Notes: generated by a model not told the origin, from the sequence alone. Positions 1 to 13,095 are shown, counted from the stretch's first letter. The stretch: 64,000 bases of DNA from Malacoraja senta (GCA_038087875.1 CM075993.1:5272001-5336000), one strand, 5' to 3'. Translations and numbers: made by a program.

Positions 1-384
1 CGAGCATAACCTACTTCTGTTTGAGTTTTTCCTTGAAGGTGCAACTGCAGTTTAAAATGTAAATGAATTTTCCTTGAAGGATTGATGTTTGGAATTGAAT
101 AACTCCATGACACATTGGATTCATCAGTAAAGTACATGCCTGTGTTGAGATACTGAGGCGCTTTCCCCAGAAAGATCTCAGGGTTCGGTCCCAATCTGTT
201 CGGTTTGACCTTTAGTCTGTCTGGGCATAGAGTGAACGGATGATTAGTCATTGAGTGATTGAATCTTGGAATGTTTGCATTGTGGCCAGAAGCTTGTGGG
301 ATCCTTGCCAAAAGGCATGACACTCGCAGCTGAATAGTGTGCCAGCATTTGTTGCCTCGGCTCCCACAAGCAATGGGCTTTTAT

Positions 385-588
385 AGCTCAATGGGACAGG
401 CAGCTTCTCTGGAGAGAAGGAATGGTTGACGATTCGGTTCGAGACCCTTCTTCAGACACCTTCTGAAGAAGGTTCTCGACCCGAAACATCACCCATTTCT
501 TCTCTCCAGAGATGCTGCCTGTCCCGCTGAGTTACTCCAGCTGTTTGTGTCTTTTCGGTTAAAATCCGCATCTGCAGTTCCTTCTGAC
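385..588. mobile_element. Short foldback insertion of Penelope-like element terminal repeat (hammerhead-bearing)
   Basis: Inverted arms around CTTCTTCAGA/CTGAAGAAGG; flanked by direct repeat GCAATGGGCTTTTAT at 370-384 and 589-603. Confidence 0.75.
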
Positions 589-949
589 GCAATGGGCTTT
601 TATCCCAAGTACCAGGCAGTGCCCATGAAAGTGCACTGCAGGAATGTATCCATCTCTTGTTTGGAGTGAAGGAGAAAGTTAAATCAGTATTCCATTAAAT
701 CAAGTATTCTATTTCATTTTTAGGTTTATTTATTATAAGAGTCACGTGTACCGAGACAAGGTGAGAAGTTTTGTTTTGCATGGTATCCAAACAGGTCCAC
801 ATAATACTATACATAAATCCAATCACGTCATGAGTGTTTTACTGTCAAATGTCTCAGACAGAACAATGAAATTCTTACTTGCAGCAGCACAACAGAATAT
901 GTAAACATAGTACACTGTGAACAATATAATAATCAAGATAAAAAGGTCT

Positions 950-962
950 GTGTTTGTGTGTG

Positions 963-1017
<55 letters not shown>

Positions 1018-1085
1018 CACACACATAGACTCACACTCTCACTCACACTCACCCTCACACACACACACACACACCATATATACAT
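950..1085. repeat. Compound (TG)/(TA)n/(CA)n microsatellite
   Basis: Directly visible. Confidence 0.95.
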
Positions 1086-2717
1086 GTTTATAATGAGTAT
1101 AATAGACCATTGGGGAAGATACAGAATGCAGAATATAGTTCTCAGCATTGTACTGCATCGGTTCCACAGACAAAGTCCAATATCCTCAATGGGGTGAAGG
1201 TGAATCATACAATTGTATTCATTATGCATGCCTGTTATGTTCGACTGCGGTATTAAGGGACATTGCAAATGTAATTGGAGCCATCGTACTCCTAAAAAGG
1301 AAAATTAATTCTTTGAGCCAGCATTTTAGTTCTTCCAGTCTACAAGATTCCAGACTATATGGGTTGAGTCTCCAAATTTTTATAAAAGGATAAACTGGAA
1401 ATACTTATTTAGATGCCGGCTTAAGGTCCAACCATGTGTGCCACTGTGAAACTGTTTTAAACAAAGCCTCACTAATAGGTTTGTAAAGCATTTTTTGCGT
1501 TTTATGGCTTCTCCCAGACAACCAATGCATCCACTGTTCATAAAGAACAACAATTAGTTTGCACAAGCACTGCATTCACACTAGGGTCTCTGCAGCGTTA
1601 GTCATTCTGTGCAGTCAGCAGCACCCTGTAACCACCATGTGAAAGCAGCCCTGTCTCATTCACAAACCCTCCCAATCTTTGGTGGCAATTTGCAGTCAAG
1701 TAACTATCTTGAATCATTGCACGTTCCTTGAGATGATTTTATTTTTATCTATTTTTGCTTGTACTAGATTTTTTTCCCCCTCTTTTAAAAAAAAAAAGAC
1801 TGTGCTGGAATAACACAGCTTGTCTGGCAGCATCTCTGGAGAACATGGACAGATGACATTTCAGGTCAGGTCTCTTCTTACTGCAGTCTGAAGAAGGGTT
1901 CCAACCCGAATCGTCGGTCCATGTCGCTGTTGATGGTGACCACATGATCCATGATCACATTGACTGGCGGTGCTGGCTCGAAGGGCCAAATGGCCTACTC
2001 CTGCACCTATTGTCTATTGTCCATTGACCGGCTGAGTTGCTCCAGCACTGTTTTTTTTGTAAACCAACATCTGCAGTTCTTCTTTACTCTCCCTGTTGAC
2101 ACATTTCCACAGGGATTAATAAATAGCAAAGCTCTCGCTTTCTGCATTGAAATGGTGTGGCTGTTACTGGAGTCTGAAGTTCCAATAAGATTGCTGATCT
2201 AACTCTGATTCATTGAACCCACTCCTTCACTCAGACCTGCTTGTATCCATCACTTTCTGAAGCGACACCTCTACTTCAGTGCACTGTCCTTAAGATGCTT
2301 CACATTTGGGTTTAAAAACTCCTGTAAAAGGCTACCCTTTTGACAATGGCATTAATTTCTATCTTCTGCAGTTTAAATGTCAACTTAGTGGTTCTGTGTA
2401 GGCAGGAGTTGCAGATGCTGGTTTACACTGAAGATAGACACAAAATGCTGAATAACTCAGCAGGCAGGCAGCATCTCTAGCGAAAAGGAATGGGTGATGT
2501 TTAGGGTCTGAACCAGTGATAATGGTGATCAGTTCGGCCCAAAACGTTACCTATTTCCTTCGCTCCATAGATGCTGCTGCACCCGCTGAGTTTCTCCAGC
2601 ATTTTTGTGTACCACCTATAATGGTGATCAATGTTCTGCAGGGCATCAATGGGCTGAAGGGCCGGTTTCCATGCCGTATCTCTAAACTTATTATAGGTAT
2701 TGATCATAAGACACAGA

Positions 2718-3530
2718 TGCAGAAATAGACCATTCGGCCCATCGAGGCTGCTCTGCCATTCAATCATGGCATTCAATCTATCTTTCCCATTCCATCCCAT
2801 TCTCCTGCCTTCTCCCCATAATCTTTTACACCCTTACTAATCAAGAACCTACCAATCTACACTTTAAAAATATCCAATAACTTGATCTCCACAGCTGTCT
2901 ATGGCAATGAATTCTATACATTCACCCAACTCTGATTAAAGAAATTCCTCTTCATCTTCTTTGTAAAGGTGCATCCTTTTATTTTGAGACTGTGCCCTCT
3001 AGTCCTAAACTCACGAGTGAAACATCCCCTCTATATCCACTCAATGCAGCCCTTTCACTATTCGGTAAGTTTAAATGAGACCCCCCCGCCATCCTAAACT
3101 CCAACGAGTATAGGCCCAGAGCCATCCAATGTTCCGCATACATTAACCCAATTTTCCCTGGGATCATTCTCATAAACCTCCTTTGGATCCTCTTGAATGC
3201 CAGCACATCCTGCCTCAGATATGGCGCCCAAAACGGTTCACTCTTTTCCTAATGTGATCTCCATAAAGTCTCCACATTGCATCCTTGCTTCTACATTGTA
3301 TAGCAGATGCTGGTTTACACTGGAGATAGACACAAAAATGCTGGAGTAACTCAGTGGGATAGGCTGCCTTCCTTACTACCAACTCAAACTGCGAATTAAC
3401 CTTTAGGGAATCCTGCACCCGCACTTCCAAGTTCCTTTGCACCTCCAATTTCTGAATCCTCTCCCCATTGTGAAAATAGTCTGTGCCATTGTTCCTTCTA
3501 CCAAAATACATGACTTGCACGCATTGCTGC
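2718..3530 (-). mobile_element. CR1-clade LINE 3' fragment, decayed, interrupted by PLE repeat (~3300-3365)
   Basis: ORFs 2979-3206 (IQRRFMRMIPG..LGLYSLEFRM) and 3215-3550 resemble the CR1 RT C-terminus; CR1 3' tail near 2720-2830. Confidence 0.85.
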
Positions 3531-4167
3531 GCTGTCACCTGTATCTGCATCAGTCATGAGATGCTTGGAACAAAATTTAGAACCAAATGGCTAACAACAT
3601 CTTAGGATCTTTTGGTTGTTCTCAGTGCTACCATAGTATAACATCCCAGGATGCTGAACAGGAGAGTGAGCATGTTTCCAGGTGTGTCGAACAGCTGGAA
3701 ATCTGACATTGAGAAAATGATGGTGCATTTTCCTACGATACATCATTGTGCTTTGAATAGCTGAGAAAGCCAACTGCCGCTGGGAGTGAGGAGAACTGGG
3801 AAATGATTATGTTTGCTTATCCTTGCAGTGCAAGTTATTGTACTTTCCCATCTGTTTCCCTTTGCATTCATGATCTTAAAATTGCTTTTACCTTGTATTC
3901 GTCCATTGAACACAAGATGATATCAGTTGCTTCCCTGGGGGACTGCAATGAAGAGTTTTGTATTCTATATTTGAGCTGCAAAGCTAACATTTGGTTATTT
4001 TGTGCTTTGAGGAGTAAGGGTGCAGGAGTGTGACTGCTGGTGATGTGTTCAATTACTGACGCACAAATCGACAATGCACCTTGAGTGCTTTAATAACTTT
4101 GAAAACTTCTCGAGGCATCATTGACTGCAGATGCTGGAATCTTGAACAAAAGGACTGAGTGCTGTAG

Positions 4168-4447
4168 GAACGGCGCAGATGTCGAGTTGCTGCATCGGCT
4201 CCAGAGACCCGGGGTTGATCCTGACTATGGGTGCTGTATGTGCGGAGTTCGTACGTTCTCCCCGTGACTGCCTGGGTTTGCTCCAGGTGCTCTGGTTTCT
4301 TCCCAAATCCCAAAGGCGTACAGGTTGGTGAATCGGTTTCTGTAAATTGTCCCTAGTGTGTTGGTTGGGAACTAGTGTGATCACTGGTCGACGTGGATTC
4401 TGTGGGCCAAAGGCCCTGTATCCGCGCTCTATCCCCGAACTGAACTT
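4168..4447 (+). mobile_element. tRNA-derived V-SINE (HE1-like)
   Basis: Degenerate A/B boxes, V-domain GGAGTT..GTTCTCCCCGTG, CR1-type tail. Confidence 0.8.
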
Positions 4448-5138
4448 AGCTGTCAGGCGGCATCTGGGGAGGGGGGGGGGGAGATAGGCAGATGACTTTG
4501 CGGGTCAGGACCCTTCTTCAGATGGCAGCATCCATTTAACCACAGACACATCACCTGTCCAGAATGACCCCCTGCAACTCTGACCCAGTGCCGCCACCAG
4601 GGCAATGGGCCTTTACGCCCAAGTTAAGACTAACAACCTTTCAAAACTTTAGACTTGAAAGGTGCGAGATGGTTCCTGAAATGTGGCGACTCTTGTGCGC
4701 TGACTCAGTGTGGTCTACTGTCTCACACTCTGGTACTTAGTCTGATTGTACCCAATGTATAGTAGGATTGTCACTGAATTGTAAGCAGAAGAGAATTTCA
4801 CTGTGGCAATAAAGGGCCATTGATCTATTAATGTGGCTGCAGACACCACAACAGTTCAAAGATAGCTCGGTGGTTGTAAGACCATGAGGATGTTTCTGTG
4901 TGCCTTTAAAGCTGGCAGAGGTTAGTATCAGAACTTATAAATGCTTTGTTCCTCACTTAGGAAAATCAAACAGTGTTAGATTGATTCACATATCTGAAGA
5001 AGGATCTCGACCCAAAATATCACCCATTCCTTCTCTCCAGAGATGCTGCCTGTCCAGCTGAGTTACTCCAGCTTTTGGTGTCCATCTTCTCATTATAACC
5101 CGTTGCATTTTAAATGTCTGTTCTGTAATGGGGAAAAT

Positions 5139-5465
5139 GGGCAGCACGATGGTGCAGCGGTAGATTTGCTGCCTTACAGCGAATGCAGCGCCAGAGACCC
5201 GGGTTCGATCCTGACTACAGGTGCTGTCTGTACGGAGTTTGTACGTTCTCCCCGTGACCTGCGTGGGTTTCCTCCGAGATCTTCAGTTTCCTCCCACACT
5301 CCAAAGTCGTACAGGTATATAGGTTATTTGGCTTGGTAAATGTGAAAAGATTGTCCCTAGTGGGTATAGGATAGTGTTAATGTGCGGGGATCGCTGGTCG
5401 ACGCAGACCCAGTGGGCCGAAAGGGCCTGTTTCCGCGCTGTATCTCTAAACTAAACTAAACTAAA
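5139..5465 (+). mobile_element. Full-length tRNA-derived V-SINE (HE1-like)
   Basis: A box TGGTGCAGCGG, B box GGTTCGATCC, V-domain, tail GGGCCTGTTTCCGCGCTGTATCTC(TAAAC)n. Confidence 0.9.
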
Positions 5466-5874
5466 CATGGATGGATGGTTTTTTATCCGTGAGTCACTGC
5501 TGACTTTAAAAATCCAATCTAATTCATCAAATTCAATTTAGAAGAACAACATTTTGTTTAATTACTGAACTCCCTTTGGATGTCTTTTGGTTGAGAAAGA
5601 CACTATTATGCAAGTCTAACCTGATGGTTCGGATGCCTGGGAAGGAACTGCAGATGCTGGTTTACACCGAAGATAAACACAAAATGCTGGAGTAACTCAG
5701 TGAGTCGGGCAGGGTCTCTGGAGAGAAGGAATGGGTGATGTTTCAGGTCGAGGTCCTTCTTGAGACTCCGTAGGACCAGAGAACAGGAGGAATGACAGAG
5801 GAAGTGCAGCGAGAAAAGTCCAGCGTTCGTAATGAGGTAGGTTGGAAGATCTGGACCACACTCGACCGGGAGGA

Positions 5875-5975
5875 TTATTCCGTCATCTGATAACGGCCGG
5901 GGAAGAAACTGTTCCTGAATCTGGTGATACGTGTTTTCAATCTTTTCCCCGATGGGAGAGGGAATGAAGATCCTA
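5875..5975 (-). mobile_element. Rex1/Babar LINE ORF C-terminal fragment
   Basis: Translates FPLPSGKRLKTRITRFRNSFFP, like the Rex1 ends at ~44820 and ~62950. Confidence 0.65.
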
Positions 5976-6394
5976 GATTACGTTGGCTACTTTCCCGCGG
6001 CAGTATGAAGTGTAGATGGAGTCTGCCTTCCTTGCCTGTTCCGGCCCATATGCGGTTGTGGCTGAATCTCAGCCGCTCTCTGAAGTGACCCTCACACACT
6101 CACTACAAGGCACAGAGGTTCGTGCTGGTGAATACCAGTGACTCTCACATCCTGTCAACAGTAGCGGCATCAGGTTGATCTTGGAGTCAGCCCAAGATTG
6201 GGGTTGACTCGGGGAAATTCCTGTTGTGGAATTGTTTTGTGGAGTCTCCCATCTGAAGTTCGACACAAAATGCTGGAGTAACTCAGCGGGACAAGCAACA
6301 TCTCTGGAGAGAAGGAATGGGTCAATTTTGGGGTCGAGACCCTTCTGCAGTTCCCTCCCATACCTTCCGTCTGAAGTAATCCCTCGCAGTTGAT

Positions 6395-7060
6395 GAGATA
6401 CAGGCAACTGGAGCTTGTAGGACATGGAGCGCAGGAGGCTGATGTTTCTTATAGACATGTACAAAATCATGAGATTGGGTGAATGCACAGTCTTTAATCC
6501 AGCAGAGGGGAATCAAGAACCAGAGGACATAGGTTTCAGACAAGTGGGAAAGATTTGATCAGAACCTAAGGGGCAGCTTTTTCACCCTGAGGGTGGTGGG
6601 TACATGGAACAAGCTGCCAGAGGAGGTAGTTGAGGCAGGAACTATAACAACATTTAAAAGACATGTCAAGTCAAGTCACTTTTATTTATATATCACATTT
6701 AAAAAACAAAGTGCTTTACAATGGTGGAGGTACTAACGTTATACAACAGTGGTTCATAGATTAAATACAATCATAGATTAAATAACTACACACATATAGC
6801 CCTGTGTGTAGGACATGTGTGTAGGAAGGAACTGCAGATGCTGGTTTACACTGAAGGTAGACACAAAATGCTGGAGTAACTCAGCGGGACAGGCAGCACC
6901 TCTGGAGAGAAGGAATGGACGATGTTTCAGGTCGAGACCCTTCTTCGGACTCCTGAACAGGTGCATGGATAGGGAAGGTTTAGAAGGATATGGGACGAGC
7001 TTAGATAGGGCTTCTTGGTTGGCATCAATGAGGTGGGCTAAAGGCCTGTTTCCATGCCAT
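6395..7060 (+). mobile_element. CR1 (HER1-like) LINE 3' fragment interrupted by an L2-type tail and a PLE repeat
   Basis: GGTACATGGAACAAGCTGCCAGAGGAGGTAGTTGAGGCAGG motif; tail GGCCTGTTTCC; similar to 33070-33410. Confidence 0.7.
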
Positions 7061-9037
7061 TTGACACCCTGGGTCTGTGTAACAATATCCCCAGCAAAGC
7101 CAAAGAGCATGTTTGGGGGAAAATGGGTCAAGGTGTCGTCTACATTGGGTCAAGCATTGGACGGCTGCTATATCTCTCTTTGTTCCCAGCAATCTTGTCC
7201 TTGTATCTTAAGCTCATCACTGCTTCTTCCCCTATTCTTAGCTTCGAGGAAGTCTATAATTACGAGATGCTAATGAGTCCATAGGAGATGAGTTGATGCA
7301 GCTTGACAAAGTAATTAAAGGGGTTTTGTCATCTGGCAAATTACATTTCAAGGGAATTTATCAGGTGAGTGAATGGAAGGAGAAGACAAAGACACACTTA
7401 GCAATGCGATGTTATTACTGCATAAATAATGTTATGAATAAGCTTTCAGATAAATTCCCCAGTGAAGGGCTGGCCTCCTATTTTCTCCCTCGTCTTTGGG
7501 CTCCAGACTGTATTCCAGGTGGGTGAGGTGGTCAATTGATTTGGGTTAGAAAATCATAGAGATCAGCATAGAAACAGGCCCTTCTGCTCACTGAATCCAA
7601 GCACCCATTTAAACATGGGAACACACAGTAGTTTAACAGTACAGCATAGGAACAGGCCTTTCGGCCCATTATGACCGTACGATCAATCTGGAGACGGCTC
7701 TCGACCCGAAACGTCACCCATTCCTTCCCTCCAGAGATCCTGCCTGTCCCGCTGAGTTACTCCAGCATTTTGTGTCTATGACTGTGCTGAGCTTGAAAGA
7801 CACAAAAAGCTGGAATAACTCAGTGGGTTTGACAGAACCTATGGAGTGAAGGAATAGGTGACGTTTTGGGTCTCGATCTGAAACGTCACCCTATTCCTTT
7901 TCTCCAGAAATGCTGTCTGACCTGCTGAGTTACTCCAGCTTTTTGTGTGTATATGTGGTTTAAAACAGCATCTGCAGTTCTTTCCTAGACATACCGAACT
8001 TGGTGCCGAGGTAAACTATTCTCACCCTGCATGTGATCCCTATCCTTCCATTCCCTGCAGGTTCATGCGTTCATCTAAAAACCTTTAAATCACCTCTCTC
8101 AGTATCCTACCTTAATATGTTTAATTGCACCACATTCCCATCAACTCTATCTCCAGCTTCCACCACTCACCCACAAACGAGGGTAAGCCAGTTAACCCAC
8201 ACGTTTGTGAGATGCGGGAGGAATCTGGAGCACCTTGGGGGAGACCCACACGGTCACAGGGAGAACATGCAAACTCCACACAGACAGCACCCAAGGTCAA
8301 GATCGAACCAGGGGCTCTGGCGCTGTGAGGCAGCGGCTCTACCAGATTCCACCACCGCACTTCCCCTCTCAAGTTATGTTCTGCGATGAACAGTCAAGAA
8401 AAAAACAATCCATCTCCAGTGATTCTGTACAAGAACATCAAGATATTTGGTTTAGAAATAAGGAACTGCAGATGCTACTTTACAAAAAAAGACACAAAGT
8501 GCTGGAGTAACTCAGCGGGCCAGGCAGCATCTCTGGAGAACATGAGAGGTGACATCTCTTGTTGGGAAATTTGGTTTCTTTTGGTTTCCAGTTAACTCGG
8601 CTCTTCTCAATGTTATTGACCCGAAGGAATAGAAGTGTATCTCCCTCCATTGATGCCGCCTGACCTGTTGAGCTCTTCCAGCATTTTATCTCTTTTTGTG
8701 GTGGACAATGAAGCTGGTAGACCCGCTGCCTCACAGTGCAGAGACCTGGTTCCATCCCGATCACGGGTGCTGACTAAGTGGAGTTCGCACAGGGTCTCGA
8801 CCTCTGACTCTGTGGGTTTTCTACGGGTGCTCCGGTTTCCTCCCACATCCCAAATACATGCGGGGTTGTAGGTTAATTGGCCCCCTGTAAAAATTGCCCC
8901 AACTATGGGGAGCGGATGAGAAAGTAGGATAACATGGAATTATGGTGTTCAAGAAGGAACTGCAGATGCTGGAAAATTGAAGGTAGACAAAAATGCTGGA
9001 GAAACTCAGCGGGTGAGGCAGCATCTATGGAACAAAG

Positions 9038-9237
9038 NNNNNNNNNNNNNNNNNNNNNNNNNNNNNNNNNNNNNNNNNNNNNNNNNNNNNNNNNNNNNNN
9101 NNNNNNNNNNNNNNNNNNNNNNNNNNNNNNNNNNNNNNNNNNNNNNNNNNNNNNNNNNNNNNNNNNNNNNNNNNNNNNNNNNNNNNNNNNNNNNNNNNNN
9201 NNNNNNNNNNNNNNNNNNNNNNNNNNNNNNNNNNNNN
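9038..9237. other. Assembly gap (200 N)
   Basis: Run of N. Confidence 1.
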
Positions 9238-9384
9238 TCCCGACTACGGGTGCTGTCTGTATGGAGTTTGTACCTTCTCCCCGTGATCTGCGTGGGGTTT
9301 CTCCGAGATCTTCGGTTTCCTCCCACACTCCAAAGACGTACAGGTTTGTAGGTTAATTGGCTTGATAAAGATGTAAAATTGTCC
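9238..9384 (+). mobile_element. V-SINE fragment
   Basis: V-domain matches other copies. Confidence 0.85.
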
Positions 9385-9665
9385 AAGTTGGAGATATGCA
9401 GAGTACTGCCCTGTCGACTACAAAATTCAGAAGGTTCAGAAAGATGCTGGAAAATCTAAGGTAGACAAAAATGCTGGAGAAACTCAGCGGGTGAGGCAGC
9501 ATCTCAACCCGAAACGTTGCCTATTTCCTTCGTTCCATAGATGCTGCCTCACCCGCTGAGTTTCTCCAGCATTTTTGTCTACCTTAGATTTTCCAGCATC
9601 CTTCTGAACCTTCTGAATTTTGTAGTCGGCCGGGCAGTACTCTGCATATCGCCAACTTGGACAAA
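9379..9665. repeat. Foldback of ~125-bp arms (PLE repeat plus ~57 bp of non-PLE sequence)
   Basis: 9379-9506 is the reverse complement of 9538-9665 with few mismatches. Confidence 0.9.
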
Positions 9666-9675
9666 TTAACATTTT

Positions 9676-10156
9676 ATTCCTGGGATGGCAGGACTTTCAT
9701 ATGAAGAAAGACTGGATAGACTCGGCTTGTACTCGCTAGAATTTAGAAGATTGAGGGGGGATCTTATAGAAACTTACAAGATTCTTAAGGGGTTGGCCAG
9801 GCTAGATGCAGGAAGATTGTTCCCGATGTTGGGGAAGTCCAGGACAAGGGGGTCACAGTTTAAGGATAAAGGGGAAATCTTTTAGGACTGAAATGAGAAA
9901 ATCATTTTTCACACAGAGAGTGGTGAATCTGTGGAATTCTCTGCCACAGAAAGTAGTTGAGGCCAGTTCATTGGCTATATTTAAGAGGGAGTTAGATGTG
10001 GCCCTTGTGGCTAAAGGGATCAGGGGGTATGGAGAGAAGGCAGGTACAGGATACTGAGTTGGATAATCAGCCATGATCATATTGAATGTCGTTGCACGCT
10101 CGAAGGGCCGAATGGCCTCCTCCTGCACCTATTTTCTATGTTTCTATGTCTCTATG
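9676..10156 (+). mobile_element. CR1 LINE 3' end
   Basis: MAGLSYEERLDRLGLYSLEFRRLRGDLIETYKI...FFTQRVVNLWNSLP; (TTTCTATG)n tail. Confidence 0.95.
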
Positions 10157-11127
10157 AGTTTCTCCAGCATTTTTGTCTATATTCGAGGTTGAGGTGAATT
10201 GTGGATGGTGTGGGCTGGGCATTAAACTGTAATTAATTCCAAAGATCTGATTAACCAGATGAATGTTCCCAACCCAAAATGCCAACTATCCATTGATGCT
10301 GCCTGACCTGCTGAGTTCTTCCAGCACTTTGTTTCTTTTGGTTAAGATTCCTCCATCTGCAATCTCTTATTTCATCATCAGATGAGCCATGATGATACTG
10401 AACGGCACAACAAGCCTGTGGGGGGTTATTCAACCTTATACTCCATTCTTTTATCCCGTCTAATATGCCCTCTGTTTTCTCCAGCCCATCAATGTACTGA
10501 ACTCTGCTTGACTTTTTTCTGTGTCAATTTTCTGGGTCTTTCTCAGGAATACTTCTCAATAATGAGCTTGGGCACTGGATGAAATGAGGTTTGTGTGATT
10601 GCAGCGTTCTTGGGTCTCGGCCAAGGATTGGTATGTTGTGTCCAATCGACAAACAGTACAAGATATTCCCAGAAGAAAAGCCCTTTTCTCAAGGCCTCCC
10701 ATTTGGGCTTTGAGGCAATGAGTGATCCCGTCAGACTCTGCAGAACATCAATAGTCTGGAATGCTCGACCCTAAATCTGGGGAAAATTCCTCCAGCTTTA
10801 TTAATCTCATTAACTTTAATTGCAACGATATCTGAAGATTTTGTTCGGAACCTAGGACAACCAAAAACAGCAGTACAAATGTCAGCAAGGGAATTCATCA
10901 AATTATTTTTATTAACAATAAGGTTCCACCCTCTGCATAATAATAATAATAATAATAATGGATTAAAAGCCTGCATTGCACATCCCCTTTAAACGTTGCC
11001 CTTTTTAACTTAAAGCTATTCCCTCTGATCTTTGGACTATTACAGGGTTCCTCCCTATGGGGATATTTCTTGGAGGACTATGCACACTTTTGGTTAAACT
11101 GTTTTGGTTAAAAAGCAGGTACTAATT

Positions 11128-11580
11128 TGGGAAGCTGTCCAGGAAAGATTCACTTAGATTACAGGTAATTCCAGGAATGAGAAGGATGTCTTATCACGAT
11201 TTAAAAAAAAGATCTATGCTTTTTGGAGTTGAGAAGAGAGATCATCTTAATGAAAATATCAGATCATGAGGGCACAAGACAGGGTAAATGTCAAAATGTT
11301 TCCCCAAGTGGGAGAATCCTGAACAAGTGAACATATTTACAAATCAGGGGCAGTAATTTAAAATTAGGCACAGGAGATTCTCTGGAATTCTTTACCTGAG
11401 GCTTGTGGAAGTTGGATTATTGGAGGTTTGTAAAGAAGAGGTAGATACATTTTGGAGAGATCAGGGACTTGAGGGTCATGGAAATCTCCAGTATGATCTC
11501 CAAGACCTGGGGCAGATTTGCTGGGATCGTATGAATGGCAGGACTGGCTCGAGGGGCCGAGTGGCCTGCTCCTGAGTCCT
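11128..11580 (+). mobile_element. Old CR1 LINE 3' fragment
   Basis: Degenerate similarity to CR1 RT end and 3' UTR (GGCTCGAGGGGCCGAGTGGCCTGCTCCTG). Confidence 0.65.
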
Positions 11581-11924
11581 TGCTCTCGCGGGTCCGAGTC
11601 CGGGTCGGCGGAGCGGCTGACGGAGCCCACAGCTGGGGTCCGGGTCGACACCATGGAGGCGTGAAGCGGGGCGTCGGCAGCGGTGAGGCCTTGCGATGAT
11701 GGAGCCTCGCAGCCATGAGAGCGTGGAGGACCACCGTGAGGGGGGAGGGGAAGGACAATGGAGAACCCGGCGTGGGAGGACTTCTGAGGGGGAGAACAAA
11801 AGGAGGAGCCAGTGTGCTTTGTAACTTTGTCAGTGCCGTAGATGGCAGCTATTTGTATACAGGGTAGACAAAAATGCTGGAGAAACTCAGCGGGTGAGGC
11901 AGCATCTATGGAGCGAAGGAAATA

Positions 11925-11958
11925 GGCAACGTTTCGGGTCGAGACCCTTCTTCAGACC
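11925..11958 (-). ncRNA. Minimal type I hammerhead ribozyme motif in PLE terminal repeat (representative copy)
   Basis: Minus strand GGU-CUGAAGA-A-GGGU(CUCG)ACCC-GAAA-C-GUU-GCC: core motifs, stem II, palindromic ACGU stem III. Confidence 0.65.
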
Positions 11959-12548
11959 ACTTTATATTTGTATACATTGGGTACGCAGCAAAGAATGTCA
12001 CTGGGCTAGTCACATGGGACAATAAAGTATTCCATTCCATTCCAGTCCAACAACCTCAAATTGAAAATCCTCGACCTTGCATTCAAAACCATCACCCACT
12101 CTCTCTGTAAACATCCCACCTGCAAGGTCCTCCATTTTTTGCACTTTCTTTTCAATTTCAGTGTCCTGTGAATCTTGATTTAACTCGCACGACTTAAGGA
12201 GACTATATCTTCAACTCCTTACTCCCAAGAATCTGGGGTTCTTCCAACAAAGTTCCGAACATTCCTGTTAAGTTACTCCCTGAAAGACAACTCAAATATT
12301 GTTTGATGACATTCCACTGGAATTCCATTCCAAAACTGTTAGAATATACTTTACAATATTGGTTAAAAAGCCACTTTCAAGGTGCAATTTGTTACAAGAT
12401 GTGTCATTGGATTTCAGAAATGATAAAAGAGAATGGGATTGAACTTCCACCTGATCTAATCTATAAAATCTCAAAAGTGGTACTATGTCGAACTGCTGCA
12501 GAAACAGCTCCAGGGGAGTCAGCTCATTTCCGTCCTCCGTTCTCCCAG

Positions 12549-12795
12549 TTTGCACGTTCTCCCAGTGGCCATGTGGGGTTTCCTCCATGTGCTCCAGTTT
12601 CCTCTCTCATCCCAAGGACATGCGGGTTTACAGGTTAACTGGCCATCTGTAAATTGCCCTTTGTCTGTAGGGAGTGAATGATAAAGAGGGATAACATAGA
12701 ACTAGTGTGTATGGGTGATCGATGGTCGGTGTGGACTCGGGAGGCCAACGGGACTGTTTTCATGCTGCTTCTTTAAACCCTAAATTAAAACTAAA
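12549..12795 (+). mobile_element. V-SINE, 5'-truncated
   Basis: V-domain and CR1-type tail. Confidence 0.75.
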
Positions 12796-13095
12796 CACAG
12801 AAACCCTGTTCTCCCTGTGACCATGTGAGGTTCCTCTGGTTTCCATCGATACCCCAAAAGTGTGCACATCTTCAGGTTGGTTGACCACTGTAAATGACCC
12901 CGAGGGTGTAGGTGAGGGATAGAATCTGAGGGAACTTGATGGGAATGTGGGGAGAATAAAACGGGTTAGGGCAGGATTAGTGTAAATGGATGCTTGATGC
13001 TCAGCATGGATTCAATGGGCCGAATGGTCTGTTTCCATGCCTAACCCCTTCTCGGGCTCCACATTCCACACACAAGAAATGACATTGAAATTAAT

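Noticed and set aside
5139..5215. tRNA genes
   Set aside because: A/B-box regions are SINE heads that continue into the V-domain; no complete cloverleaf with terminator.
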